From the IMG/VR virus record IMGVR_UViG_3300044972_002389, positions 186,001-250,000 of that record: a DNA stretch of 64,000 nt, one strand, 5' to 3'. Numbering within the stretch: the stretch's first letter is position 1; every line of letters starts with the position of its first letter. The position numbers and the translations under genes are program-made. Under the pieces are notes generated by a model. That model was not told where the DNA came from. It worked only from the letters and a program-made list of their open reading frames with translations, and searched no databases. This document shows, piece after piece, positions 18,046-27,888 of the stretch.

Positions 18046-18280
18046 CCGGGATCTGGAAGCGGACTACAGCCAGTGGCACGAGGTGCCTATTGAGGCAGAC
18101 AACCCAGTGCCTTTGCCCCATCTTTTGGACGTGTTGGGCGAGCTGCGATGGAGTTGGCTGAAGAAGACACCTGGAGGCAGCTACTGGCTCCAGTGGCACA
18201 GTGGGGTCAACCCCAAACGATATCAACTGGTGTTTGAGCGTGAAGAAGATGCTCTGCTGTTCAGGTTGACGTGGACCTAG
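18032..18280 (+). CDS. small protein of the F..E.DA..F.L.W paralog family
   Basis: C-terminus LVFEREEDALLFRLTWT. Confidence 0.65.
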   Translation: MQRVNRDLEADYSQWHEVPIEADNPVPLPHLLDVLGELRWSWLKKTPGGSYWLQWHSGVNPKRYQLVFEREEDALLFRLTWT

Positions 18281-18283
18281 CGC

Positions 18284-18526
18284 ATGTATGAGACCACAGT
18301 CTTGCCTCAATGGCCACATATGGTAGTGCTGGAAGGCATGTCTCTTGCTGAGCACGAAAACATGCTGCTGTGGTTGATAGATACCTTGGGCCAACCGGAC
18401 TTTTTCAAAGCAAGTAGCCGATGGAGCTATCGTTCTCTGTCATCTCACCAACATTATGAAAAAATTTGGGTGAGCTTTCGGAGCCAAGAGGATGCCAGCT
18501 TGTTTGCCCTCTTGTGGGGAAGGTAG
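18284..18526 (+). CDS. small protein of the F..E.DA..F.L.W paralog family
   Basis: C-terminus VSFRSQEDASLFALLWGR. Confidence 0.65.
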   Translation: MYETTVLPQWPHMVVLEGMSLAEHENMLLWLIDTLGQPDFFKASSRWSYRSLSSHQHYEKIWVSFRSQEDASLFALLWGR

Positions 18527-18565
18527 CATATTGACAACCTTTGGGGTTTCTGATACGCTTTAAGT

Positions 18566-19231
18566 ATGACACTTGATTATTCCATTTGGCTTATTTCACA
18601 AAATTTTGACGATTTACAATTTGCCAACAGCAAATTACAAAACAATACAGTGAATTGGTTCAATGGCAGCAATTATCCCAGTTTTTCCCTGCTGGTGAAC
18701 GATTGTGTTCACCAGAGTCCTACAGAAACAACTATCATACTTTGTAATCGCGTTGCCCCCTCTGACGAAAATATTCAATTGATTTTACAAAAGCTGGATG
18801 AAGGGTTTGCCTTTGTGGCGTTGTATGATTTCCGTTTTTTTGGTATCAAAAAGGAATTGTTTAGGCAAATAGGTGGCTTGGACGAGAAGTTTCCTGGAGG
18901 CTTTGAAGACGATGATTTCATATTGCGATTGATTGGCAACAATCTAGCCTGCTATATTACACAAGAGGCTGAGTATTTCTGGGCCCCCAGCACTTGGGCC
19001 CCTTCAGGACAATATCTTGGCATAAGCTATTTTCAAGAAAAATGGATCAGTTGGCCGGATGCAGTCAACACAACTGAGATGTATAAAAGATTGCCCGACA
19101 GTTTTAAACAACGAGATTGGGGACCCAGGACGCCAGGTGAGTTCTTGTCATGCAAGGAACACAGCTATGTTCAGTCTTGGTTATGCAAGTATTTTTACTT
19201 GAACTCAATCAGGAAAATTTGTGATTTTTAA
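18566..19231 (+). CDS. GT2-like glycosyltransferase
   Basis: KKELFRQIGGLDEKFPGGFEDDDFILR motif typical of the GT-A fold C-terminal part. Confidence 0.7.
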   Translation: MTLDYSIWLISQNFDDLQFANSKLQNNTVNWFNGSNYPSFSLLVNDCVHQSPTETTIILCNRVAPSDENIQLILQKLDEGFAFVALYDFRFFGIKKELFRQIGGLDEKFPGGFEDDDFILRLIGNNLACYITQEAEYFWAPSTWAPSGQYLGISYFQEKWISWPDAVNTTEMYKRLPDSFKQRDWGPRTPGEFLSCKEHSYVQSWLCKYFYLNSIRKICDF

Positions 19232-19401
19232 GATATGTTATGCCTCTACATACAGGCCGGTGGCATACCAACCAGTGACATGTGAACTACTACGCCCTAA
19301 AGGCACCTAGCTTTCCGCGGCAGATTGTAACTAGCCATGTATTGAAATTCATACCTCCTTTTAATTTTTTCCAAGAGTGATTGTCAATTTAAATAAGTGT
19401 T

Positions 19402-20625
19402 ATGAATCAACCAATAGATCCTTGCCAGGGCGTGAGCCTCACAGTTACATTTCCAAAGTTTGAATGCACTGATGGTGTATTACCCAATTTCAACAATCTT
19501 GATGAGTTTGGCCGAGGGCTAGGCAGCATACCAGGGCAATTGGGTCAGATAGCTCAATGCACTGTTACTGCCACAGCCAAACAAATTTCGGATGCAATAG
19601 ACAGTTTACTGAAATTATTTGACAAAACCTTTGGGACCACACTAGGCAGCGTGGACAATCCTGTGTACGGCCCTAACCTCAAAGTCCCAGAACAAGAAAT
19701 GGGTGTACGACTGCGAGCACTGTTTAATGAGTTCAAACTCTATTTGGAACTCAAGTTATTGGACATTTTGGGCAGGATTATTCCCAACTTGAGCTTTTTG
19801 AATATACCGTTGCCGTTCCTGCCCAACTGTACAGTGCGTGATCTTCTTAGTGCAGAGGGTAGAGCTAAAATAAGAGCTGCAATTGGCGCTCGCCAAGATC
19901 AAATAGCAAAAGCCTTGGGCCTACCTTGGAATATCACATTTGATGGAACATTGGGTTTGAAGAACGATGAAATGCGCCAACAAAGCCTAATCAGTAGAGT
20001 ATGGAGTGAGTTCCACAAAGGTTTATTGAGCCTAATCAACAGAGGTTTCCGAGCACTAAGAGCTTTGACTGAACCGATCAAAAAAATTTGGCAAGCCCTG
20101 CGCTTACCAGACCTTCCCAATTTGGTGGCCCTAAATTTTGAAGAGCTTTTCAATAGTGTGTGGCAACCCATCAAAGACTTGGCCATCAGTGCTAATGAAA
20201 AAATGCAGCGCATGATTGATTACTTTCTTGAGTTTGATATAAAAAACTTTTTGGACAAGGCATTTAGTCCCTTGTTGAAATTCATAGCTTGGCCTTTTCC
20301 CACAAAAGTCAAACAGCTTCTCAAAATATCTGACCCACCCAAAGATCTCAATCTTGAGAGCAAGGAAACCCGCTTCAACAGCATAATGCAGGCTGTGAAA
20401 GACTTGTTTGAACAAATTCCTACTCTGATATTGGAACTGTGGATGAAGCTTGTCGTGGGGTTCTTCAAAGCTATCTTGAAGTTTGTTCCCATACTCAAAG
20501 AAATCTTCAAGTACATTCCCTTCACCTTCTGCACATTTATTGGGCTGGTGTTAAGTCCCATTTTGGGACTGGGAAGTGCAGTGGCTGGCCTTATTCCTCC
20601 TGGAATCTCAGTGCAACAAACTTAG
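19402..20625 (+). CDS. late hypothetical protein (helical, hydrophobic; probable virion protein)
   Basis: 407-aa ORF, TAAATA at 19390. Confidence 0.7.
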   Translation: MNQPIDPCQGVSLTVTFPKFECTDGVLPNFNNLDEFGRGLGSIPGQLGQIAQCTVTATAKQISDAIDSLLKLFDKTFGTTLGSVDNPVYGPNLKVPEQEMGVRLRALFNEFKLYLELKLLDILGRIIPNLSFLNIPLPFLPNCTVRDLLSAEGRAKIRAAIGARQDQIAKALGLPWNITFDGTLGLKNDEMRQQSLISRVWSEFHKGLLSLINRGFRALRALTEPIKKIWQALRLPDLPNLVALNFEELFNSVWQPIKDLAISANEKMQRMIDYFLEFDIKNFLDKAFSPLLKFIAWPFPTKVKQLLKISDPPKDLNLESKETRFNSIMQAVKDLFEQIPTLILELWMKLVVGFFKAILKFVPILKEIFKYIPFTFCTFIGLVLSPILGLGSAVAGLIPPGISVQQT

Positions 20626-23399
20626 CCGCACTGAGTTCCATTCAGTTGATCAAAAATGGTCTTTGCTGTATTGAATCTGTTTTGAGCTTCTGGGGTAATT
20701 GTTCCCTGCCGTCCCAACAGCCCTGATGAACTGATCTCGTAGTATTCATTTACTGCTCTAGCTGCTGACTCAGGACTGTTGGTTGCCAACATCTTGGAGT
20801 AGGCACTGCGATGTGTGTTCTTGAATTCCCAATCCACAAAGTCTAGGCTTTTATACAAGGCAGTGTCGTTTGATAGTTGACTCAATTGTGGCCAACTTAC
20901 ACCAATAGCCCGTGGCATATTTTTGAAACGATCGGAATTCCATTGAGCCAAGCCTTTGAAGGTGGGGTTGCTGTCCACTCGGGGATTCAAGGCACTTTCA
21001 ATAGTGAAATTGCCCAGCAAGCCAGCAATGTGTTCGGGTTGATAACCTTTGCCCTTCAAGTAACACCAAGCTTTTTTGGCTTGATTGGAATCAAATCCTT
21101 TGCCAGCCCCACTTGCTGCTGCACTGAAGTCTGCATCAGGTCTAGCTTGGCCACTGAACAAAAATGCGTTGTTGAGACGGCGAGTTTTGAGTTCAAACTT
21201 TTCTTCGTTGTTACAAGCCAAAATCCATCGACTCATTTCATTTGGAACTTTGTTGTAGTCTCCGCTGCTGATCATGCCAGTGATGCCGCTCTTGTCAAAG
21301 TTGTCAGAGCCAATGTTGTAGATGAAGTCTGCTAAACTATTGAACTGATCTTGTGTTAATAGGTTGCTACCAATGCTGCTGTGAATCTTGCCTTCAATTT
21401 TTTTGATGTCTGTTTTCAACAACACCTTCATATTGGTTTCGCTTATACCCTCTCCAACATTCAATTGCGTGCTGATCTGAGTGCCAGAATCGTCTGTTGC
21501 ATTCAAGGTAACTGTGTTGTTTTGAAGTTCTTCACTTGATAACAAATGACCATAACCCAACAGCTTTTGCCCGCTTTTGCATGCATCGTCAAAGGGCTTG
21601 CCAATCAAATTGCCACCCAAACCTTCATGATCAATTATGATTTGAATACCACGGTTGTTAACTGTCCACTCTGTGGAGGGGAGCAATACTCTGGGACCCA
21701 ACGGTTTGAATTCATATTGTGGAGTCCCACCTTCGTCCCAACTTTGCCCAATGTGCAAGCCAGTTTGACCATTCACTATTCCATATACTTGGAGTGGTTT
21801 GTCTTGTGCTGGACTCACTTGCCCCACTTTGTAAGTGCTTTCAGGTGGAGTGATTTTCCTCTGCACTAGGCCTGTGTTGGAATAACCTGGGCCTGAAACA
21901 CTTCTTTGTCTCCAAGGATCAGCTCCTGGCAGTCTGCTGACAATGGTTTGAACAATCTGAATGCTTCTTGCAGGACTCACTACATTCTGCAACTGCACTC
22001 TTTCTTCCGTTCGAATGTCAGGCGATAATGCAACTACTCCTGGTACAGCAGTTATGGGATTATCTGGATTGGTGGGCTTGGCTGCATCTGGTAAATTAGC
22101 AACATTCAAGACTGTTTTTGGACCAGTGTTCACACTTCCTGCACCAGAACGCAAGTTTACAGATCCATTGCCTTGAACTTTGACATCAGCACCACCTACT
22201 AAATTCAAGGTACCTGTGCTTTGAACTTTTACATCAGCACTGGCAACTAAATTTAAGTTACCATTTGTGCTTCTTAACCTTACGTCACCTGTGCTGCTGG
22301 CATCAACATTGCCTCCTGCAAACAAGCGAATATTACCAGTCAAGTTTTTGATGTCAATGTTGCTTTCTTGAGTGGTGAGAAATATGCCATAATTGCTTCT
22401 GTATTGTAGGCTGCCTACAGCAGTGTTGTAGATATTTGAATTACTGACAAGATGCATATTTCCTTGACTGAACAACAAAACATCTCCACCACTGCTGATG
22501 TTGAAGGGCTTTTTGCTGAACATGCGTGTTTCATCTAGGCTTCTCATTTTGATGCTGCCACCAGCTTCAATATTCACATCTCTGTCAGCATGTAAATTGA
22601 TGTCTTGTCCGGCACTGACACTTACACTCTTTTGTCCAAAAATGTCAATGTTGCCTTCTTTGTCCATCTCTATCCTGGCTCTGTTTGGACCAGTGTTGAT
22701 TATGATTCTATCTTTTGTATCATGAATAACAATTTGAGCTAGGCCACGAGTTTGCAGGCGGATGAAAGCGTCTTCTGGGGTGTCGTCCATAACGAAGGTG
22801 TGCCCATATGGGGTTCGGATACCCATAGTGCGAATACCCTGTTGCATACCTCTCGGTGCTGGTCCACCTTGTTCAATAGGGAGGTTAACTCCTCCAGATT
22901 CTCGAGCTGCATCGTAACCTGATAAAAACGTTGGTGATTCACCAGTGAATATATTTGGGTTCTGCTCTTGTGGATTGCTGGCAGGAGTGCTGGCAGGAGT
23001 GCTGGGAGTCATATGATTGCGGTCAACTTGGAACAAACATCCAAACCAAACCCCTCGGCTAGGATCGCCATTTATGAAACAAACCAGCACTTGGTTATTG
23101 AGGTCAGGTGGTATGAATGTCATACCATAGTCTGTTTGTGAGCTTGTGGGATTTAGGTTTACATCAGCTACGTTTGATGCCCCAGCAAATGGACTGGCGT
23201 AATCACAAATGATCCACGTTGCTTCATTATTGATTGCTCCACCAAGTTCAGGGATCCAAACTCGGATACGTCCCATGTTGCGAGCATCATTTACGTCTCG
23301 TATTAGGCCAAGATAAATTTTGTCCCAGGTGGCACGTAGCCCCCCAGGCTCTAGCTCATAAGCTCCAGGTAAATTTACTGTTTGTTTTAATGTTGCCAT
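20622..23399 (-). CDS. baseplate hub/spike protein with tail lysozyme (T4 gp5-like), carrying two muramidase domains
   Basis: OB-fold D...GRIRVWIPEL, PPD....VLV.F..GD, RTPYGH..VMDD, beta-helix repeats, GH24-like HEG...GYGH...TQDQFNSL..F.YN.G, C-terminal IAGLLGN...ES...GLAQW. Confidence 0.88.
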   Translation of the reverse strand: MATLKQTVNLPGAYELEPGGLRATWDKIYLGLIRDVNDARNMGRIRVWIPELGGAINNEATWIICDYASPFAGASNVADVNLNPTSSQTDYGMTFIPPDLNNQVLVCFINGDPSRGVWFGCLFQVDRNHMTPSTPASTPASNPQEQNPNIFTGESPTFLSGYDAARESGGVNLPIEQGGPAPRGMQQGIRTMGIRTPYGHTFVMDDTPEDAFIRLQTRGLAQIVIHDTKDRIIINTGPNRARIEMDKEGNIDIFGQKSVSVSAGQDINLHADRDVNIEAGGSIKMRSLDETRMFSKKPFNISSGGDVLLFSQGNMHLVSNSNIYNTAVGSLQYRSNYGIFLTTQESNIDIKNLTGNIRLFAGGNVDASSTGDVRLRSTNGNLNLVASADVKVQSTGTLNLVGGADVKVQGNGSVNLRSGAGSVNTGPKTVLNVANLPDAAKPTNPDNPITAVPGVVALSPDIRTEERVQLQNVVSPARSIQIVQTIVSRLPGADPWRQRSVSGPGYSNTGLVQRKITPPESTYKVGQVSPAQDKPLQVYGIVNGQTGLHIGQSWDEGGTPQYEFKPLGPRVLLPSTEWTVNNRGIQIIIDHEGLGGNLIGKPFDDACKSGQKLLGYGHLLSSEELQNNTVTLNATDDSGTQISTQLNVGEGISETNMKVLLKTDIKKIEGKIHSSIGSNLLTQDQFNSLADFIYNIGSDNFDKSGITGMISSGDYNKVPNEMSRWILACNNEEKFELKTRRLNNAFLFSGQARPDADFSAAASGAGKGFDSNQAKKAWCYLKGKGYQPEHIAGLLGNFTIESALNPRVDSNPTFKGLAQWNSDRFKNMPRAIGVSWPQLSQLSNDTALYKSLDFVDWEFKNTHRSAYSKMLATNSPESAARAVNEYYEISSSGLLGRQGTITPEAQNRFNTAKTIFDQLNGTQCG

Positions 23400-23414
23400 T
23401 TATAGCTTCTCAAA

Positions 23415-25724
23415 TTATTGATTTATACCTGTTCTCAAAACTGCCGGTACAGTACCAAACTCTGTTCGCGAGTCGCCCAAATTACTCAAAAGGTCACGGG
23501 TTGCTTCACATCGTTGGGTAAATTTCCCGTCTCTGAATATGTGTGTTACTTGCACCATCATATAGAGAGCATTGAAAAAATCAACATCATCACGCAAGTC
23601 CATAAACCCTGTGTTTTCGTCAGGAATAGTTCCTGCCCGGAAAGCCAACATAAAAAATGCATCGTAAGGTTGGTAAACGGCGTATTCATCTATATAGACT
23701 GGAACTCCTGACTGTTGACCAAAATATGTCTGTTGTATATAACTTCTCAACTGTCTATCTCTTTCTATATTTGAAGCCCCTAACCAGTAAGGATCACCAC
23801 GTATCTCCATTGTGATATTCACCATATCTTGCATGCGAGCATAAATTTGTTGTGTTACACTGGCATAAACTTTACGAACATCCGTATCAGTAGCAGTCTG
23901 AGGCCTTAGTTGATTTATAATATCTCTAGTATCTTGGATGTAGGTAAGCTGAGCAGGCAATGTCCTATTATTACTACTAAATTCGTCCTCACTAAATTCA
24001 ACACGTCTTCGCCTTGTTCGTGCAGCATCCCGCTCTCTTTGGAGCTGCTCCCGTAAGCCGGTTACTGGAGATTGATCTTGACCAAAACGTCCATATGCGT
24101 CTTCTAATGTCTGAGCCACATTTGGGTCAAATACTACTAACGACCCTTGAGCTAAGGCACGGCGCGCTGCCTCATCTTCTTGTTCTATTTCTCGTAAACG
24201 ACGCTCACCAGCAGCAATTTGAGTGTCTAATACAACAGCATCAGACGCCTGTGCGCCAGCCCTAAGCCTCCGCAATCTAAGTAACTCTTGTTGAGTTTGA
24301 TCGTATTCTTGAAGCGCAGTCTGTCTACGAGCTAAGGCGCTTTGTAAGTCGCCTAGAGAAGTACGCAGTGCACTAAATGCACTTGGCAAAACTGTTTCAT
24401 TTGTCATAGGCAAAGGTATCCAATGCAGTGCATTGAATTGAACATCAAGATTTATAATCTCTGTGTTGTTTCCTGTGTAAAAATACAAATAAGCCTTTTT
24501 CAGTAGCTTAACAGTCCCAGTATTAATACTTGCTAATCTAGCATCGTGAAATTCGTTTACAAGTTGGAAAGCTCGGCCAAATTCTTGGCTAGCTATAGCT
24601 CTGCGGGTCTGTTTAACTCCAATATAAAATTGGAATTGCCTTATATAATCATTTCTTATGTAGTCCCACCCAATGTTTTTTACTACACACTCAATCCAAG
24701 GAACTTTTATGATACCTGACCTATCATCTGGTATAAAAAATGTAATGTCTTGAATTGATGCACAGACGTCATCTACTAACGCACCAATGCTTATGCCTTT
24801 ACCAGCAATAAATTGAACTTTGTCTCCTACTTGCCTAAAACTAGCACGCCGGTTGTTGATTTGTGGGCTAAACTGGATTTTTTGATTTCTCAATGCCTCC
24901 TCAATGAAAAATTGATAAATTACAACCTGTGTTTGTTGATCTTGTGGCCGTTGACTACTTCTTAAATCAATATAAAACTGATTTAGTTCATCTTCCAATT
25001 TTCCAAAAAATTCACCAACTGTTTTATCAAAGTCTATAATATTTTGCCCAGGCAGTACCCCTCCTGGATCAGAAATGCCTATCCTTCCACTTCCTAGTTC
25101 AATAGTATAAGTTTGTGGTAAAAGATAGAATGAGTTTTTGAATGCCATATTATTATTAACAGCGGCTTTCATTCTATAAATGGTTCCTGCAGCCGTAAGT
25201 GTATTCGACAAATCAACTATATTAAGTTTGTAGACTTTAAAAAACTTTCTTTGGGCATTGGCAACTATATTTCCGTCAGCATCGTAATAGTTGAACCATA
25301 ACATCAAAAATATAGGAGCTAATCGCCAATTAAGGTTACCTAGTTGCTTGCTGCTTTCAAAAATTTTGTCAGGTAAGCTCATATTATACGGTTCTGCAAT
25401 CACCATGTCTACTTCTACTGAGGTTGCATTTTTAGTACGAAAATTATGGCTTACAGCATCTTTTATTTCACATTCTATTATATTGAACCCAGCCGTAACT
25501 CCACTTTCAGCCACAACAACATATCTAACCTCATTTAGGTACAATTTTTCATCAATATCATCTTCATCAGCTTCTCTATCATTTACCAAAACTAATTGTA
25601 AATGATATGTGTATCTGTCATGAGAATTTAGCATATTATCTTCTGGGCTGAAATTTAGGCCTTTAAGAGCGAGCTCACTTAAAATGCGTCGAAGATAATG
25701 ATTAGTCACAAGTGGGGTAGCCAT
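23415..25724 (-). CDS. putative baseplate hub protein (gp27-like position)
   Basis: 769 aa between gp53-like and gp5-like genes; C-terminal EIRGDPYWL...Y....V.H.F..GKFTQ motif. Confidence 0.65.
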   Translation of the reverse strand: MATPLVTNHYLRRILSELALKGLNFSPEDNMLNSHDRYTYHLQLVLVNDREADEDDIDEKLYLNEVRYVVVAESGVTAGFNIIECEIKDAVSHNFRTKNATSVEVDMVIAEPYNMSLPDKIFESSKQLGNLNWRLAPIFLMLWFNYYDADGNIVANAQRKFFKVYKLNIVDLSNTLTAAGTIYRMKAAVNNNMAFKNSFYLLPQTYTIELGSGRIGISDPGGVLPGQNIIDFDKTVGEFFGKLEDELNQFYIDLRSSQRPQDQQTQVVIYQFFIEEALRNQKIQFSPQINNRRASFRQVGDKVQFIAGKGISIGALVDDVCASIQDITFFIPDDRSGIIKVPWIECVVKNIGWDYIRNDYIRQFQFYIGVKQTRRAIASQEFGRAFQLVNEFHDARLASINTGTVKLLKKAYLYFYTGNNTEIINLDVQFNALHWIPLPMTNETVLPSAFSALRTSLGDLQSALARRQTALQEYDQTQQELLRLRRLRAGAQASDAVVLDTQIAAGERRLREIEQEDEAARRALAQGSLVVFDPNVAQTLEDAYGRFGQDQSPVTGLREQLQRERDAARTRRRRVEFSEDEFSSNNRTLPAQLTYIQDTRDIINQLRPQTATDTDVRKVYASVTQQIYARMQDMVNITMEIRGDPYWLGASNIERDRQLRSYIQQTYFGQQSGVPVYIDEYAVYQPYDAFFMLAFRAGTIPDENTGFMDLRDDVDFFNALYMMVQVTHIFRDGKFTQRCEATRDLLSNLGDSRTEFGTVPAVLRTGINQ

Positions 25725-26023
25725 TACAAACTACTTTCTATACTAAGCTGGTTAGGTGCATAAATTGTTATCCCAGGAACGAAATCATAAATTGGATCCA
25801 CAATTTGATCAGGATTTAGGATAGCAAACGCCCACCATGCCCGGGGATTCTGATATAGTTCAAAACTCAATAAGTCAGGCCGATGTAGATGCCGTTGTGC
25901 CAAAGTAACAATTAGATCGTCAGTTGTTCTTGTGAGCAATGGAGGTCGCCAAAAATCCAGATATGTAGTGTTTTGTGGAGTACGATAGTAAGGACTACTG
26001 CGTAGATAAGTTACTGTTGTCAT
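25724..26023 (-). CDS. baseplate wedge protein (T4 gp53-like, LysM-related)
   Basis: HRPDLLSFELY...WW.FAILNP...DPIYDF.PG..IY.P motif. Confidence 0.8.
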   Translation of the reverse strand: MTTVTYLRSSPYYRTPQNTTYLDFWRPPLLTRTTDDLIVTLAQRHLHRPDLLSFELYQNPRAWWAFAILNPDQIVDPIYDFVPGITIYAPNQLSIESSL

Positions 26024-26982
26024 TAGATGAAATCACTTTGACTTGGGTCACCATTGATGTATTTGGGCAACTCGAATCTCTTCCGCAATGTGGTAGGAGT
26101 GTGTTGCACAATCAATGTTACTGAAATTTTAAACAAGCTGGGTAACCAAACACCTTTTGTAGCTGACGGTGTTTGTTGTTGAACACTGGCTCCAGGAGGA
26201 TTGTTCAATGGATCGTCCCAATTCCGGTTTGCAGGCTGGGTAACACCAGGCAAACCTTGCAACGCTAGGCCAGGTTCGCCAGCATCTTCAAGCTGTTGTG
26301 GCGACCTAATTATTGGTGTGGGTCGCACTGTAGGTTGATTAGTAGCAGGCAGCCCACTAGCCACTTGAACATAGTCTACATCATCTGGAAATCCAATACT
26401 ATAGCTCTTGACTATGACTGGCAAGTTGTTGAACACAAAGGGACCGTAGGCATTGAACAAGAGAATAGGAGGAGGTGTGCCTGCATCTTTGTCATTTTCA
26501 CCAAAATGCATCTTGCTCATGGTTCTCAAAAAGTGTATGCATGCCAAGGCATAGCGTCCTTCTTTTTGATTTTGAACAGTGAATTGACCATCCACACTGA
26601 ATGAAGTTGCAGGAGTACGTGCAAATATATGAAAGTCTTGGTTTGTATGTACAGTGCTAATGGTTTGATAATCAATGTCTTGTTGATAGTTGATTGTAGG
26701 TGTGTAGGGCCAAACCATGCCATTGTTTGTTTCTCGCAAAGGATCCAATAATCCCTTGCCCAACACGCGATTAGCAGCAGCTGGTCTGGGCCGCAGGCTT
26801 ACACGTCGGTTAGTGGGATCTTGATTGTTGAGTGTTCCCAACAAATTCACACCATCTCCAATTCCAAAACCGCCAAACACCCCGCGTGGAAAAATAGCAG
26901 AGGCAGCCGACCCCACAACGTTGTTTACAAGTCCACCAACCAAAGAACCAGTGTTAACACCAAAACCACCAAATCTAGGCAT
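26023..26982 (-). CDS. baseplate / tail-tube initiator protein (gp48/gp54-like)
   Basis: WPYTPTI, HFLRTMSKM.FG, GTPPP.L...YG...F...PV motifs; TAAATA at 27013-27018 (minus). Confidence 0.65.
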   Translation of the reverse strand: MPRFGGFGVNTGSLVGGLVNNVVGSAASAIFPRGVFGGFGIGDGVNLLGTLNNQDPTNRRVSLRPRPAAANRVLGKGLLDPLRETNNGMVWPYTPTINYQQDIDYQTISTVHTNQDFHIFARTPATSFSVDGQFTVQNQKEGRYALACIHFLRTMSKMHFGENDKDAGTPPPILLFNAYGPFVFNNLPVIVKSYSIGFPDDVDYVQVASGLPATNQPTVRPTPIIRSPQQLEDAGEPGLALQGLPGVTQPANRNWDDPLNNPPGASVQQQTPSATKGVWLPSLFKISVTLIVQHTPTTLRKRFELPKYINGDPSQSDFI

Positions 26983-27054
26983 GCAATTCTTTCCTCAAAA
27001 ATATTAGCCAAATATTTATGTGCTGGAAACCAGCTGGAATCTAAATACTAGATC

Positions 27055-27888
27055 ATGAAACAGTTTGAACTCTCCCCACAATTAGTTTTTGAAGGCGGCA
27101 ACGTATTCAAAACCTCAGATGGCTATCCACGCACCACTCGTATCCCACTGGCTTTGATCAGTCCCACGTTGGATTGGCTGGAAAAAATCACAGGGCTGCC
27201 TATGCATGGCATGACCTTGGGCAGTGTTGGCAAAAAAGCCAGCAGTGGGGATATCGACATTGTAGTCGACAGCAAGAAAATGTCAAAAGCCCAATTTGCC
27301 CAAAGTCTCCAAAACTGGGTGTTGAGCCAAGGTTTGAACCCCAAAGAGTATGTGAAGCCTGCTGGAGAAGTTCATCTGTTGACACCAATTGCAGGTGATC
27401 CCAAGAATGGCTTCGTGCAAACTGACTTTTTCTTCCATGATGATCCTCAATGGATGAAATTCAGCATGCAGAGTCCAGGAGACGCCAGCAACTACACTGG
27501 TGCAGAAAGAAATCAACTCATGAGCAGTATTGCCAAAGCATTGGGAATGAAATACAGTTGGCAACGTGGACTGTTGAATCGGGAAGATGAATCTGTTATC
27601 TCCACTGATCCTGATGTGATTGCACAAAAGCTATTGGGGCCCAGATTCACTCACGACAGCTTCCAAAGTGTTGAAACTATTCAACGAGCCATCAAAGGCA
27701 ATAGGGCTATTCATCAAGGGTTGACTGAGTTGATTCAAACTCTAAGGAGCTTGGATAAATTAGGGCCCACTGGCAAACCCACAATGGATGTGAAAACTGG
27801 GAAGTTTAAGCAGAAATCTCCCAGTGAGCAACGCAAATCAGAAGAAGAAGCTGCAAGGATTGAGCAGTTGACAGGTGTAGCTGTTTAG
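27055..27888 (+). CDS. Pol-beta-superfamily nucleotidyltransferase-like protein, probably virion-packaged
   Basis: LGSVGKK..SGDIDIVVD (GS + DxD) and VQTDF third Asp; VFE/GGNVF N-terminus; TAAATA at 27042. Confidence 0.7.
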   Translation: MKQFELSPQLVFEGGNVFKTSDGYPRTTRIPLALISPTLDWLEKITGLPMHGMTLGSVGKKASSGDIDIVVDSKKMSKAQFAQSLQNWVLSQGLNPKEYVKPAGEVHLLTPIAGDPKNGFVQTDFFFHDDPQWMKFSMQSPGDASNYTGAERNQLMSSIAKALGMKYSWQRGLLNREDESVISTDPDVIAQKLLGPRFTHDSFQSVETIQRAIKGNRAIHQGLTELIQTLRSLDKLGPTGKPTMDVKTGKFKQKSPSEQRKSEEEAARIEQLTGVAV

